NCBI GenBank assembly: GCA_946639185.1 | Contig: CAMPBR010000001.1 | Coordinates: 19,550-83,549, forward strand | Length of the DNA: 64,000 nucleotides | Direction of reading: 5' to 3' | DNA from: an uncultured Mycoplasmatota bacterium | GTDB taxonomy: Bacteria; Bacillota_I; Bacilli_A; RF39; UBA660 | Shown: positions 49,531 to 58,831 of the stretch, piece by piece | How the letters are laid out: each line of letters begins with the position of its first letter | How positions within the stretch are numbered: the first letter of the stretch is position 1 | Notes under the pieces: generated by a model | The model's database searches: none | The model's input: the letters and a program-made list of their open reading frames with translations, nothing else | Told to the model about the DNA's origin: nothing | Translations under genes and position numbers: made by a program

Positions 49531-49534
49531 TCTT

Positions 49535-50365
49535 ATGACTGTAGAAGAATTAATAATATATGGAAAAAGTAAAATTCATTCAGATCATGCTAAAATGTTA
49601 CTTGCTGATTTATTAAATATAAACTCTTTAGAATTATTAAACTATTTACAAACACAAGTTTCAAAAGAAATAGAAGAAGAATATAAAAAGAAAGTAGATT
49701 TAGTAAAAGTAAAAAATCCTATCCAATATGTAATAGGAAACGTTAACTTCTACGGTAATATTTTTGAAGTAAATAAAAATGTTTTAATTCCTCGTTTTGA
49801 AACAGAAGAATTAGTAGAAAATACTTTATATTATATAAATAATTATTTTAATCCTTATGATTTGTCTATCATTGATTTAGGTACAGGCTCTGGTTGCATT
49901 GGAATAACTTTAAAAAAGAAATTACCTAAATCTGATGTAACATTAGTAGATATAAGTCCTAAGGCTTTAGAAGTAGCTAGAAAAAATGCTACTAATCTAG
50001 ATGCTAATGTTAACATTATAGAAAATGATATGTTAAATGGTCTAACAGATAAATATAATATTATTATCTCTAACCCACCATATATTAAAACAGATGAAGA
50101 AATAGAAGATATAGTAAGAGATAATGAGCCACATCTAGCCTTATATGGTGGCATTGATGGACTTGATTACTATAAACAAATATTAGAATCAGCAAAGACA
50201 AAAGTAAAAGATTATTATTTAATAGCTTTTGAAATTGGCGATACATTAAGAATGGATGTAGAAAAATTAGCTAGAATTAATTTTCCTGAAGCAAATATTG
50301 TTGCTAAAAAGGATCTTCAAGGAAGAGATAGAATGATATTTATATCTAATTTAAATATTGACTAA
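49535..50365 (+). CDS. prmC: release factor glutamine N5-methyltransferase
   Basis: Contains the SAM loop DLGTGSGCIG and the NPPY motif (SNPPYI). Confidence 0.92.
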   Translation: MTVEELIIYGKSKIHSDHAKMLLADLLNINSLELLNYLQTQVSKEIEEEYKKKVDLVKVKNPIQYVIGNVNFYGNIFEVNKNVLIPRFETEELVENTLYYINNYFNPYDLSIIDLGTGSGCIGITLKKKLPKSDVTLVDISPKALEVARKNATNLDANVNIIENDMLNGLTDKYNIIISNPPYIKTDEEIEDIVRDNEPHLALYGGIDGLDYYKQILESAKTKVKDYYLIAFEIGDTLRMDVEKLARINFPEANIVAKKDLQGRDRMIFISNLNID

Positions 50366-50380
50366 GGTCAATATTTTTTT

Positions 50381-50406
50381 TATAAAAAAAAGAAGGAATA
50401 CCTTCT
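50381..50406 (-). terminator. rho-independent terminator of the small ORF
   Basis: The minus strand reads AGAAGG-UAUU-CCUUCU followed by U8, starting at the sORF stop codon. Confidence 0.7.
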
Positions 50407-50501
50407 TACTTACAAGCTATATATTCAGCAAAAACTATAAACCCACTAGAAACAAAGACACCGAGAATAAACATGAAGATTGGGTTTTTAAATATCTTCA
50501 T
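50406..50501 (-). CDS. 31-aa hydrophobic peptide (unannotated sORF)
   Basis: Encodes MKIFKNPIFMFILGVFVSSGFIVFAEYIACK. It has the genome's canonical initiation context AGGTGATAATATG and its own terminator. It is too short for the ORF track. Confidence 0.55.
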   Translation of the reverse strand: MKIFKNPIFMFILGVFVSSGFIVFAEYIACK

Positions 50502-50609
50502 ATTATCACCTATTATCATTTTAGCACGTAGTGTAGTGTAAAATCAACAAAAGAACTTATAAATTGTATAAATGAAAAATAATATTATCATAATTAAACA
50601 GGTGATAAA

Positions 50610-51140
50610 ATGAAAAAAGTATTGGTAATAAGTTTAGTTTTAATAGCATTATTGACATTTAATAAAAAGTCTAGTGAAATTTTAATACCAGATCAAGCTA
50701 TACGTTTTAGAGTAATAGCTAGTAGTAATACTGATATGGATCAAGATATTAAAATGCTAGTAAAAAATGATGTTGAAAAAGATATATTTAATGATATAAG
50801 TAAAAGTAGTAGTATTAATGAAACAAGAAATATTATTAATAATAATTTAACAAAATATAATAAAACAGTTCTAGATACATTAAATAAGAATAATATAAAT
50901 CAGTCTTTTAACATAAACTATGGTATGAACTATTTTCCTGAAAAAGAATATAGGGGCATTAAATATAAGAGTGGTAATTATGAATCACTAGTAGTTACTT
51001 TAGGAGAGGGAAAAGGGAATAATTGGTGGTGTGTTTTATTTCCACCATTATGCTTATTAGATGCAGAAGAAACTGAAGAAAAAGATGAAGTAGAATATAA
51101 ATTTTTTGTATCTGAACTAATAGACAAATTTTTTAAATAA
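50610..51140 (+). CDS. spoIIR: stage II sporulation protein R
   Basis: IPDQAIRFRVIASSNTDMDQ and NNWWCVLFPPLCLLD match B. subtilis SpoIIR almost motif-for-motif. Confidence 0.9.
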   Translation: MKKVLVISLVLIALLTFNKKSSEILIPDQAIRFRVIASSNTDMDQDIKMLVKNDVEKDIFNDISKSSSINETRNIINNNLTKYNKTVLDTLNKNNINQSFNINYGMNYFPEKEYRGIKYKSGNYESLVVTLGEGKGNNWWCVLFPPLCLLDAEETEEKDEVEYKFFVSELIDKFFK

Positions 51141-51169
51141 ATATATACTAATTAAGAGGAAGTGATTAC

Positions 51170-51922
51170 ATGAAAAATACTAATATGCATATTCATTCAA
51201 AATATTCATGGGATTGTAAAACAGAACTTGAAGATATAGTAAAAGAATTAATAGATTCTAACATATATTATGCTGGTATATGTGATCACATTGAATTTAA
51301 CTGTGAGGCATCTATCTATGTATTAACTAAGTTTAAAATACGTAATTTAGAAATAGATGAATTAAATGAAAAATATAAAGGAAAAATTAAATTATTAAAA
51401 GGAGTAGAAATATCTTCTCCACATTTATATCCTAATAAAGTAGAAAGTTTAAAAGAATTAGATTTAGACTACATAATGGGAAGTATTCATAAAATAGATA
51501 GAAAAGCTAAAACAGAGGAAGAAAAAAGAAAAGGCTCAATTGAGTATTATAAAGAAGTATTAAAAATGGTAGAAGCTAATCAAGTAGATGTTTTTGGACA
51601 TATTGATTATATAAATAGATACTATAAACAAGATTATAGTGACAAAGAAATAATTAAAGAAATATTTGAAATGATAAAAGAAAATAATAAAATAATAGAA
51701 TTAAATACATCAGCATCAAGAAGAACAGATGATTTATATATATCTTTTCCTAATTTAGAGAAATTAGCTATGTACTCAGGTATAAAAAAAGAAATAACTA
51801 TAGGAACAGATGCTCATAAATTAGAGGAATTAAACTATATGTTAGATGAAAATAGTTTTATAGCAAAACAATTAGGATTAGAACCAGTGATTTATGAAAA
51901 AAGAAAGATGATAAAATTATAA
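51170..51922 (+). CDS. PHP-family phosphoesterase (HisJ-like)
   Basis: Contains MHIHSKYSWDC at the N-terminus, then GHIDY and GTDAH metal-binding motifs. Confidence 0.65.
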   Translation: MKNTNMHIHSKYSWDCKTELEDIVKELIDSNIYYAGICDHIEFNCEASIYVLTKFKIRNLEIDELNEKYKGKIKLLKGVEISSPHLYPNKVESLKELDLDYIMGSIHKIDRKAKTEEEKRKGSIEYYKEVLKMVEANQVDVFGHIDYINRYYKQDYSDKEIIKEIFEMIKENNKIIELNTSASRRTDDLYISFPNLEKLAMYSGIKKEITIGTDAHKLEELNYMLDENSFIAKQLGLEPVIYEKRKMIKL

Positions 51923-51955
51923 CCTCTTACATACCTTTAAGTAGGAGGTTTTTCT
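51921..51955 (+). terminator. hairpin plus U-run between the PHP gene and mntP; the 3' arm contains the mntP RBS
   Basis: AACCTCTTAC-(10 nt)-GTAGGAGGTT forms 10 bp including one G.U pair, followed by TTTTC and the ATG at 51956. Confidence 0.5.
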
Positions 51956-52486
51956 ATGCCTATAATATTAATAATAATATTAGCTATAAGTCTAAGTATG
52001 GATGCTTTTTCATTGGCTATAATTTATGGTACTTTAAATTTAAATAAAAGAATAGAAAGGTTGATGGGATTAATAGTTGGGATATTTCACTTTTTTATGC
52101 CAATTTTTGGGTATTATTTAGGTAAGATAATTCTAGATATTATAAAAATTAATCCTGATATAATAGTAGGAATAGTCTTTATGGTTTTAGGAATAGAAAT
52201 GATTATATCTTTAAAAAAAGAAGAACAAGTAAAATTATTAACAAATATATTTTCGGTTATTATATTTGCTTTTACGGTAAGTATAGATAGTTTTTCAACA
52301 GGAATAGCTTTTTTAGCATCAAATACAAGTATTATATTACCAAGTATAATATTTTCTATTTGTAGTATGTTATTTACTTATCTTGGATTAAGTTTTGGGA
52401 AAAAGTTATCAACAACATTTGGGGATATCTCAAATCTGGTTGGAGCTATAATTTTAATAATACTGGGAATAAAATATTTGTTATAA
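51956..52486 (+). CDS. mntP: manganese efflux pump MntP
   Basis: Contains duplicated DAFS/DSFS motifs (SMDAFSLAI and SIDSFSTGIAF) and six TM segments. Confidence 0.8.
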   Translation: MPIILIIILAISLSMDAFSLAIIYGTLNLNKRIERLMGLIVGIFHFFMPIFGYYLGKIILDIIKINPDIIVGIVFMVLGIEMIISLKKEEQVKLLTNIFSVIIFAFTVSIDSFSTGIAFLASNTSIILPSIIFSICSMLFTYLGLSFGKKLSTTFGDISNLVGAIILIILGIKYLL

Positions 52487-52583
52487 TTAGTGCCTTTATT
52501 TAAAAAATATGATATAGTATTTATAGGAACTAAAAAGGATAAAAACAATAAAATATATTAGAAGTACTGGAGGTACAAAAAAT

Positions 52584-53837
52584 ATGAAAGTATTAGAAAT
52601 AAATGGTGGGAAGACATTAGAAGGTACAATTCGTATAAGTGGTGCAAAGAATTCAGCAGTTGCTTTAATACCAGCAGCATTACTTGCAGATACAACATCA
52701 ACAATCTGTAATGTACCCGATATAACAGATACTGATGCTTTAGCCGAAATATTAAAATATTTAGGAGCTAAAGTTAGCCGTGCTAGTGAAAGTATTGTTA
52801 TTAATCCAACTACAATTGAAAATAAAGAAATACCTAAAGAATTATCCACAAAACTAAGAGCATCATATTATTTTATGGCAGCTTTATTAGGAAAATATAA
52901 ATATGTTGAAATGTATTTTCCAGGAGGATGTAATATTGGAGCAAGACCAATAGACCAAACATTAAAAAGCTTTAAGGCATTAGGAGCAACAGTAGAAGAA
53001 AAAGATAATCATTATAAAATATATGCAGAAAAATTAGTTGGAACACATATTTATTTAGATATGCCTAGTGTAGGAGCTACAATTAATGCACTTTTAGCAA
53101 GTGTCAAAGCTAGTGGTGAAACAGTAATCGAAAATGCTGCTAAAGAACCAGAGGTAGTTAATTTAGCTGTATTCTTAAACAGAATGGGAGCAAATATTAC
53201 TGGAGCAGGTACAAGTGAAATTAGAATTCAAGGTGTAGATAAATTAGAAGGCTGTAATACGGAAGTAATTCCAGATAGAATTGAAGCTGGAACTTATGTA
53301 ATTCTAGGAGCTTTAGCTGGTAATAAATTAAAAGTAGATAATATAATTCCTGAACATATTGAAATGTTAACACTAAAAATGAAAGAAATGGGTGTTGATA
53401 TGGAAATAGGTAGTGATTATATAATTACATCTAAGACAGATAATTTAAAACCAATAACAGTTAAAACTCAAGGATATCCAGGTTTTGCAACTGACTTACA
53501 ACAACCATTAACATCATTACTTACACAAGCTAATGGTACATCTGTTTTAGAAGAAACTATTTATGAAAATAGATTCCAAAATGTACCATATTTAAACAAA
53601 ATGGGAGCAAATATTGAAATAGATAATAGAAAAATAAATGTTACAGGTAAATCAGAATTAGTTGGTTGTGAAGTAACAGCTACTGATTTAAGAGCAGGAG
53701 CTTGCTTAATACTTGCAGCATTAGCTGCTAAAGGAACAACAAAAGTTAATGATGTTGAGCATGTACTTAGAGGATATGAAAACATCGTAGAAAAACTAAC
53801 TGATGTTGGAGCAAGTATTACATTAAAAGATGAATAA
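52584..53837 (+). CDS. murA: UDP-N-acetylglucosamine 1-carboxyvinyltransferase
   Basis: Contains ISGAKNSAVALIPAALLA and the catalytic Cys loop PGGCNIGARPID. Confidence 0.95.
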   Translation: MKVLEINGGKTLEGTIRISGAKNSAVALIPAALLADTTSTICNVPDITDTDALAEILKYLGAKVSRASESIVINPTTIENKEIPKELSTKLRASYYFMAALLGKYKYVEMYFPGGCNIGARPIDQTLKSFKALGATVEEKDNHYKIYAEKLVGTHIYLDMPSVGATINALLASVKASGETVIENAAKEPEVVNLAVFLNRMGANITGAGTSEIRIQGVDKLEGCNTEVIPDRIEAGTYVILGALAGNKLKVDNIIPEHIEMLTLKMKEMGVDMEIGSDYIITSKTDNLKPITVKTQGYPGFATDLQQPLTSLLTQANGTSVLEETIYENRFQNVPYLNKMGANIEIDNRKINVTGKSELVGCEVTATDLRAGACLILAALAAKGTTKVNDVEHVLRGYENIVEKLTDVGASITLKDE

Positions 53838-53896
53838 TTAATAATATAACCAATAAAATAAGAATAGAAGTATCTATTCTTTTTTTTGAGGTGAAT

Positions 53897-54613
53897 ATGA
53901 AAAAGAAATTAATTAAATTAATATCATTAATGTTTATAATAATTTTAGTATTTGAAATTTATACCTATGGTAAAAGTGATAAATTATATTATGTTGCTAT
54001 AGGCGATTCTTTATCTGCCGGCATTAATCCATATGGTAAAATAGAATATGGATATAATGATTATATAAAAGACTATCTAAATAAGAAAAAACACTTAGCA
54101 TATTATAAAAATTATGGTAAAAGTGGTTATGAGACTAATGATATAAAAGAAGAATTAAATTATAATTTAAAATTAAGAAAAGATTTAAGAGAATCAGATT
54201 TAGTTACAATATCAATAGGAGCCAATGATTTACTACATAGAATAGATTTTAGAAATTTTGAAATAAGTAGATTATTAGAATTAAAAGATCAAGTTAGGTT
54301 AATAATTCCCAATCTAGACAATTGTTTAAAAGAAATAAGAAAATATGCCAAAGAAAAAATAGTAATAGTTGGATACTATAATCCAATACCGTTTTTATTT
54401 AATACAAATCAAAAAGATTTAGATAATTTATTTGCATATATAGATGATGAATATAAAGCTTTAGCTAAAAAATATAATTGTAAATACATTTCACTTTATG
54501 AATCTTTTAAAAAAAATAAAGATTTTCTTCCCAATCCATCTGATATACACCCAAGTATAGAAGGCTATAAATATATATCTAATGAAATAATAAAAAAACT
54601 TGCATTATCTTAA
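53897..54613 (+). CDS. SGNH/GDSL-family hydrolase
   Basis: Contains block I AIGDSLSAG and GAND, plus an N-terminal signal/TM segment. Confidence 0.75.
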   Translation: MKKKLIKLISLMFIIILVFEIYTYGKSDKLYYVAIGDSLSAGINPYGKIEYGYNDYIKDYLNKKKHLAYYKNYGKSGYETNDIKEELNYNLKLRKDLRESDLVTISIGANDLLHRIDFRNFEISRLLELKDQVRLIIPNLDNCLKEIRKYAKEKIVIVGYYNPIPFLFNTNQKDLDNLFAYIDDEYKALAKKYNCKYISLYESFKKNKDFLPNPSDIHPSIEGYKYISNEIIKKLALS

Positions 54614-54721
54614 AATTCATGATATATTAATTACGCGTTTAATTACTATGGCGCGAATGACGTCATGGCGAAGAGAAGGCTCTAAAAAATCTAGAATACT
54701 AGATACGAAAGGAGAGATATC

Positions 54722-54931
54722 ATGAAAAAGGACATCCATCCAACAATGCATGAAGCAAAAGTTACTTGTGCTTGTGGAGAAACATTTACAGTAATGTCAA
54801 CAAAACCAGAAATCAATGTAGAAGTTTGTTCTAAATGTCATCCATTTTATACTGGAAAACAATCAAGAGCTTCTAAAACAGGTCGTGTAGAAAAATTCAA
54901 TCAAAAATATGGTTTTACAGATAAGGCTTAA
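54722..54931 (+). CDS. rpmE: 50S ribosomal protein L31 (zinc-binding type)
   Basis: Begins [20 protein letters not shown] and contains [12 protein letters not shown]. Confidence 0.93.
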   Translation: MKKDIHPTMHEAKVTCACGETFTVMSTKPEINVEVCSKCHPFYTGKQSRASKTGRVEKFNQKYGFTDKA

Positions 54932-55020
54932 TAGTCTTATCTTTTTTTTACGTTTCACAGGGATTTTTCCCAAAAATGTATGATTTTATGGTATAATGCC
55001 AACATAATAGAGGTGAAATT

Positions 55021-55461
55021 ATGAGACTAGGAATCGCAAGTGACCATAGAGGTTATAAATTAAAAGAAAAATTAAAAAAATATTTAAACAAGAAAGGATA
55101 TGAAGTAGAAGACTATGGTACTGATAGTCCTGAAAGTGCTGATTATCCAATATATGGAATAAAATTAGGTGAAGCTATTAGAGATAAAGAAATAGACTTA
55201 GGAATAGTTATTTGTGGAACAGGTATTGGAATATCTATAGCGTGTAATAAAGTAAAAGGAGTAAGATGTGCTAGAGTAGTAAATGCTAAAGAAGCAAAAA
55301 CAACTAAAATTCATAATATGGCTAACGTAATAGCTTTAAATGAAAAAATGTTTTTATTTCAAGCCAAAGATATCGTAGATAACTTTATAAAAACAAAATA
55401 TCAAGATGATGAAAGATTTATAAGAAGAGTTAATCAAATAACTGAATACGAGGAAAAGTAA
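55021..55461 (+). CDS. rpiB: ribose-5-phosphate isomerase B
   Basis: Contains IASDHRGYKLKE and CGTGIGISIACNK. Confidence 0.9.
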   Translation: MRLGIASDHRGYKLKEKLKKYLNKKGYEVEDYGTDSPESADYPIYGIKLGEAIRDKEIDLGIVICGTGIGISIACNKVKGVRCARVVNAKEAKTTKIHNMANVIALNEKMFLFQAKDIVDNFIKTKYQDDERFIRRVNQITEYEEK

Positions 55462-55462
55462 T

Positions 55463-55660
55463 ATGAGTGCTAAATTATTTTTATATTTATTTGTATCAGT
55501 AATAGTTATATTTTCAATCGATTCAGTTAATATAAATGGTATATTTAAAAAAAATAAAGTGTTTCAAGCAAGAATATTTTATTTTTTACTTGCATTATGC
55601 ATGATTGAATTATTAACTAATTTTTTATATAACTTATTTGAAGCATCAAAATTTATGTAA
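55463..55660 (+). CDS. DUF1146 (YwzB-like) small membrane protein (putative)
   Basis: A 65-aa two-TM protein in the murA/spoIID-type neighbourhood. Confidence 0.45.
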   Translation: MSAKLFLYLFVSVIVIFSIDSVNINGIFKKNKVFQARIFYFLLALCMIELLTNFLYNLFEASKFM

Positions 55661-55711
55661 AAAATGTATAAAAACTAATTTCTTGTTAAAACTCTTAATA
55701 GAGGTGAAAAT

Positions 55712-56332
55712 ATGAAAAAGAAATTAGTATTAAAACCATTTGTTGTTCCAACTTTATATACTATATTTGCAGTATTGGTAATAGTTAGTTTATTCTTTTC
55801 AATTGATATAGAAAAGGATAAAGATAATTTAACTTATGTAAGTAAAGTAATATTGGATAGCTATGTTCCAGTAGTAAATACTGAAGAAAAAATAGTAAGA
55901 CCATATACATCTGATAAAGTAGTCATAGACAATAATTATTATGATTATAAAGGTAAAGATGAAGATCAAACAAAATCAATAATTCTATATGAAAATACCT
56001 ATATTCAAAACACAGGAATCAATTATAAATCAGATGAAAGTTTTGATGTAGTTAGTATATTAAGTGGAGAAGTAATAGAAGTAAAAGAAAAAGAATTATT
56101 AGGTACAACAGTAACTATTAAACATAGTAATGATATTATAAGCATGTATCAATCTTTAAGTGATATTAAAGTTAAAGTTGGAGATAAAGTAGAAACTAAC
56201 GAAGTAATAGCTAAAAGTGGAAAATGTGATTTAATAAAAGTATCAGAAAATAATCTACATTTTGAATTATATGTAAATGGTAATATAGTAAATCCTAATG
56301 AGTTTTTTGATAAGAAATTAGGAGAAATTTAA
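55712..56332 (+). CDS. spoIIQ: SpoIIQ-like protein with a degenerate M23/LytM domain
   Basis: An N-terminal TM segment is followed by a LytM fold in which two zinc ligands are substituted (YQSL in place of Y.HL, and NLHFE in place of HLHFE). It sits immediately upstream of spoIIID-mreB, as in clostridia. Confidence 0.6.
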   Translation: MKKKLVLKPFVVPTLYTIFAVLVIVSLFFSIDIEKDKDNLTYVSKVILDSYVPVVNTEEKIVRPYTSDKVVIDNNYYDYKGKDEDQTKSIILYENTYIQNTGINYKSDESFDVVSILSGEVIEVKEKELLGTTVTIKHSNDIISMYQSLSDIKVKVGDKVETNEVIAKSGKCDLIKVSENNLHFELYVNGNIVNPNEFFDKKLGEI

Positions 56333-56377
56333 AACATATAAAAATATTTACCTAAATATAATTAATTAGGTGAATAT

Positions 56378-56644
56378 ATGAAAAAAGAGATTATTAATAG
56401 AGTAGTAGAAGTATCTAATTATATATTAAAAACTAATAAAACAATTAGAGAAGTTGCTAAAATATTTAAAGTTAGTAAAAGTACTATTCATAAAGATATA
56501 AGTAATAGATTAATAGAAATAGATTATAATAAATATTTAATGGTTGAAGAAATACTAAAGAGTCATATAGAAATTAGGCATATTCATGGAGGAGAATCAA
56601 CTAAATTAAAATATGAAAAACTAAAGTTACTAAATGAAAGGTGA
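56378..56644 (+). CDS. spoIIID: sporulation transcriptional regulator SpoIIID
   Basis: TIREVAKIFKVSKSTIHKD...IRHIHGGESTKLKY matches B. subtilis SpoIIID closely. Confidence 0.9.
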   Translation: MKKEIINRVVEVSNYILKTNKTIREVAKIFKVSKSTIHKDISNRLIEIDYNKYLMVEEILKSHIEIRHIHGGESTKLKYEKLKLLNER

Positions 56645-56648
56645 TAAT

Positions 56649-57629
56649 ATGCGTGATATTGGTATAGATTTAGGAACAACTAATATTTTAATATATGTAA
56701 AAGGTAAAGGTGTAGTATTAAATGAACCAAGTGTAGCATGTATTGATAAAAATACAAAAAAGATAGTAGCAGTAGGTATAGAAGCAAAAGAAATGTTAGG
56801 AAAAACTCCAGATAAAGTAGAAGTAATTAGACCATTAAAAGATGGTGTAATAGCTGATTTTGATGTAACTGAAGAAATGTTAAAGAAATTTATAAAAAAA
56901 GCCCTTCAAAAGAGATTATTAGCAAGGCCTAAAATGATTATTTGTTGTCCTGCTAATATTACAGGTGTTGAAAAAAATGCTATTCGCGAAATGGCTGAGA
57001 GAATGGGCGCTAAACAAATATATATAGAAGAAGAACCTAAAGTGGCTGCAATAGGCGCTGGAATTGATATAACAAAACCATCTGGCAGCATGATAATAGA
57101 TATTGGTGGTGGTACAACTGATATAGCTGTATTATCACTAGGCGGAATAGTAAATAGTAATTCTATAAAAGTAGCTGGTAATACATTTGATCAAGATATA
57201 ATTAATTATATTAAAGATAAATATAAAATAATTATAGGAGAACAAACAGCTGAAGATATAAAGATAACAATTGGTACAATTAAACCAACTTCTACAGTAA
57301 CTAAAGAAATAACTGGTAGAGGTGTAAGTGATGGATTACCAGAAACAATTACAATAACTAATAAAGATATTAGTGAATCAATTAAACAAGATATAAAAAA
57401 AATAATTGAAGCAACAAAACAAGTATTAGAAAATACTCCACCAGAATTATGTAAAGATATAAAAGAAAAAGGTATTATACTAACTGGTGGTGGCTCTCAG
57501 ATAGATGGCTTAATAGAAGTATTAAGAAAAGAATTAAAAATACCAGTATTCATTTCTGATAGACCATTAACTAATATAGTAGAGGGAACAGGAATATTAC
57601 TTGATAATTTAAATTTAATAGACAATTAG
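56649..57629 (+). CDS. mreB: rod-shape determining protein MreB/Mbl
   Basis: Contains the actin-fold motifs IGIDLGTTN and DIGGGTTDIAV. The start context is AGGTGATAATATG. Confidence 0.93.
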   Translation: MRDIGIDLGTTNILIYVKGKGVVLNEPSVACIDKNTKKIVAVGIEAKEMLGKTPDKVEVIRPLKDGVIADFDVTEEMLKKFIKKALQKRLLARPKMIICCPANITGVEKNAIREMAERMGAKQIYIEEEPKVAAIGAGIDITKPSGSMIIDIGGGTTDIAVLSLGGIVNSNSIKVAGNTFDQDIINYIKDKYKIIIGEQTAEDIKITIGTIKPTSTVTKEITGRGVSDGLPETITITNKDISESIKQDIKKIIEATKQVLENTPPELCKDIKEKGIILTGGGSQIDGLIEVLRKELKIPVFISDRPLTNIVEGTGILLDNLNLIDN

Positions 57630-57648
57630 ACCTAAAAGGTCTTTTTTA
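57628..57648 (+). terminator. rho-independent terminator after mreB
   Basis: AGACC-TAAAA-GGTCT followed by T6. Confidence 0.7.
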
Positions 57649-57715
57649 TTTGCATAAATGTTGAAAAACTAAATAATTATATGTTAGAATATATTTAAAT
57701 AAACGAGGTGATTAT

Positions 57716-58804
57716 ATGCTAGATAGTGATATAATGCTTTCATTAAAAATGGTGATAGTAACATTTATATTCGGTATTTGTGTAACTCAAGTAATGAAAA
57801 AAGTAGCTCATCATATTGGAGCAATAGATATACCAAGAAGTGATGAGGGAAACAGACATATACATAAAAGACCAATTCCTAAATTAGGAGGAGTTGCTAT
57901 CTTTTTAGCTTTCTTATTTGGTTATATGTTATATGGACAACATAGTATTAAAATGAATGCAATACTTATTAGTAGCTTCATTATTATTCTTACTGGTATG
58001 GTAGATGATATAAATGATTTAAGAGCATCTAGGCAATTGCTAGCTCAAATTATCGCCGCAGTCATTATTGTATTTTATGGTAAAATAACACTTGATGATA
58101 TAACTGTATTTGATTTAACTATTCATTTTGGCATGTTTAAATCATTAGTAACTATATTCTTTATAGTGGCATGTATTAATATTATAAACTTTACTGATGG
58201 ACTTGATGGATTAAGTGGTGGGGTAACATCAATATTCTATATTACCACAGCTATTATTTGTTTCTATCAAGGACGATTAGGTAGCCTAGAGATGACACTA
58301 ACACTTTTAATGTTAGGATCAACTATGGGATTCTTAGTACATAATTTTTATCCAGCAAAGATATTTGCTGGTCAATGTAGTATGTTTATGGGATTTATGA
58401 TATCGATTATTTGTTTATTAGGATTTAAAGGTACCGCATTAACATCATTATTTATACCTTTAGCAATCTTAGGATTACCAATACTTGATACATTATTTGC
58501 TATTATAAGAAGATCATTAAAAGGTGAACCAATTTTTAAAGCAGATAAATTCCATATACATCATCAGTTATTAGGAATGAACTTTTCTCATCCAGTAACA
58601 GTATTAATAATTTATTTTATAAATATTTTATTTGCTTTAACTTCAATATTCTATGTATTAAAAGATGCAAAGGCAGCAACAGTTATTTACGCCATATTAT
58701 TAGTTATAGTAGTATGGTTTGTATGCTATACAAATATAATTACTGATAAAAAGCCACCACATCTTAGTGAGATAAAAGAAAAGGTATTAAAAAAGAAGAA
58801 ATAA
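57716..58804 (+). CDS. tagO: undecaprenyl-phosphate GlcNAc-1-phosphate transferase (TagO/WecA family)
   Basis: An MraY-family protein with NFTDGLDGL, HIHH and about 10 TM segments. Confidence 0.85.
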   Translation: MLDSDIMLSLKMVIVTFIFGICVTQVMKKVAHHIGAIDIPRSDEGNRHIHKRPIPKLGGVAIFLAFLFGYMLYGQHSIKMNAILISSFIIILTGMVDDINDLRASRQLLAQIIAAVIIVFYGKITLDDITVFDLTIHFGMFKSLVTIFFIVACINIINFTDGLDGLSGGVTSIFYITTAIICFYQGRLGSLEMTLTLLMLGSTMGFLVHNFYPAKIFAGQCSMFMGFMISIICLLGFKGTALTSLFIPLAILGLPILDTLFAIIRRSLKGEPIFKADKFHIHHQLLGMNFSHPVTVLIIYFINILFALTSIFYVLKDAKAATVIYAILLVIVVWFVCYTNIITDKKPPHLSEIKEKVLKKKK

Positions 58805-58831
58805 GCTTCTTCTTTTTTTGTAGGAGGAAAC

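Noticed and set aside
50566-50595. A forespore sigma-F/G-like promoter (GTATA-18 nt-CATAATT) upstream of spoIIR.
   Set aside because: The putative -10 ends only 14 nt before the ATG, so the transcription start would fall inside the AGGTGA RBS. The match to the consensus is also weak (no GG in the -10).
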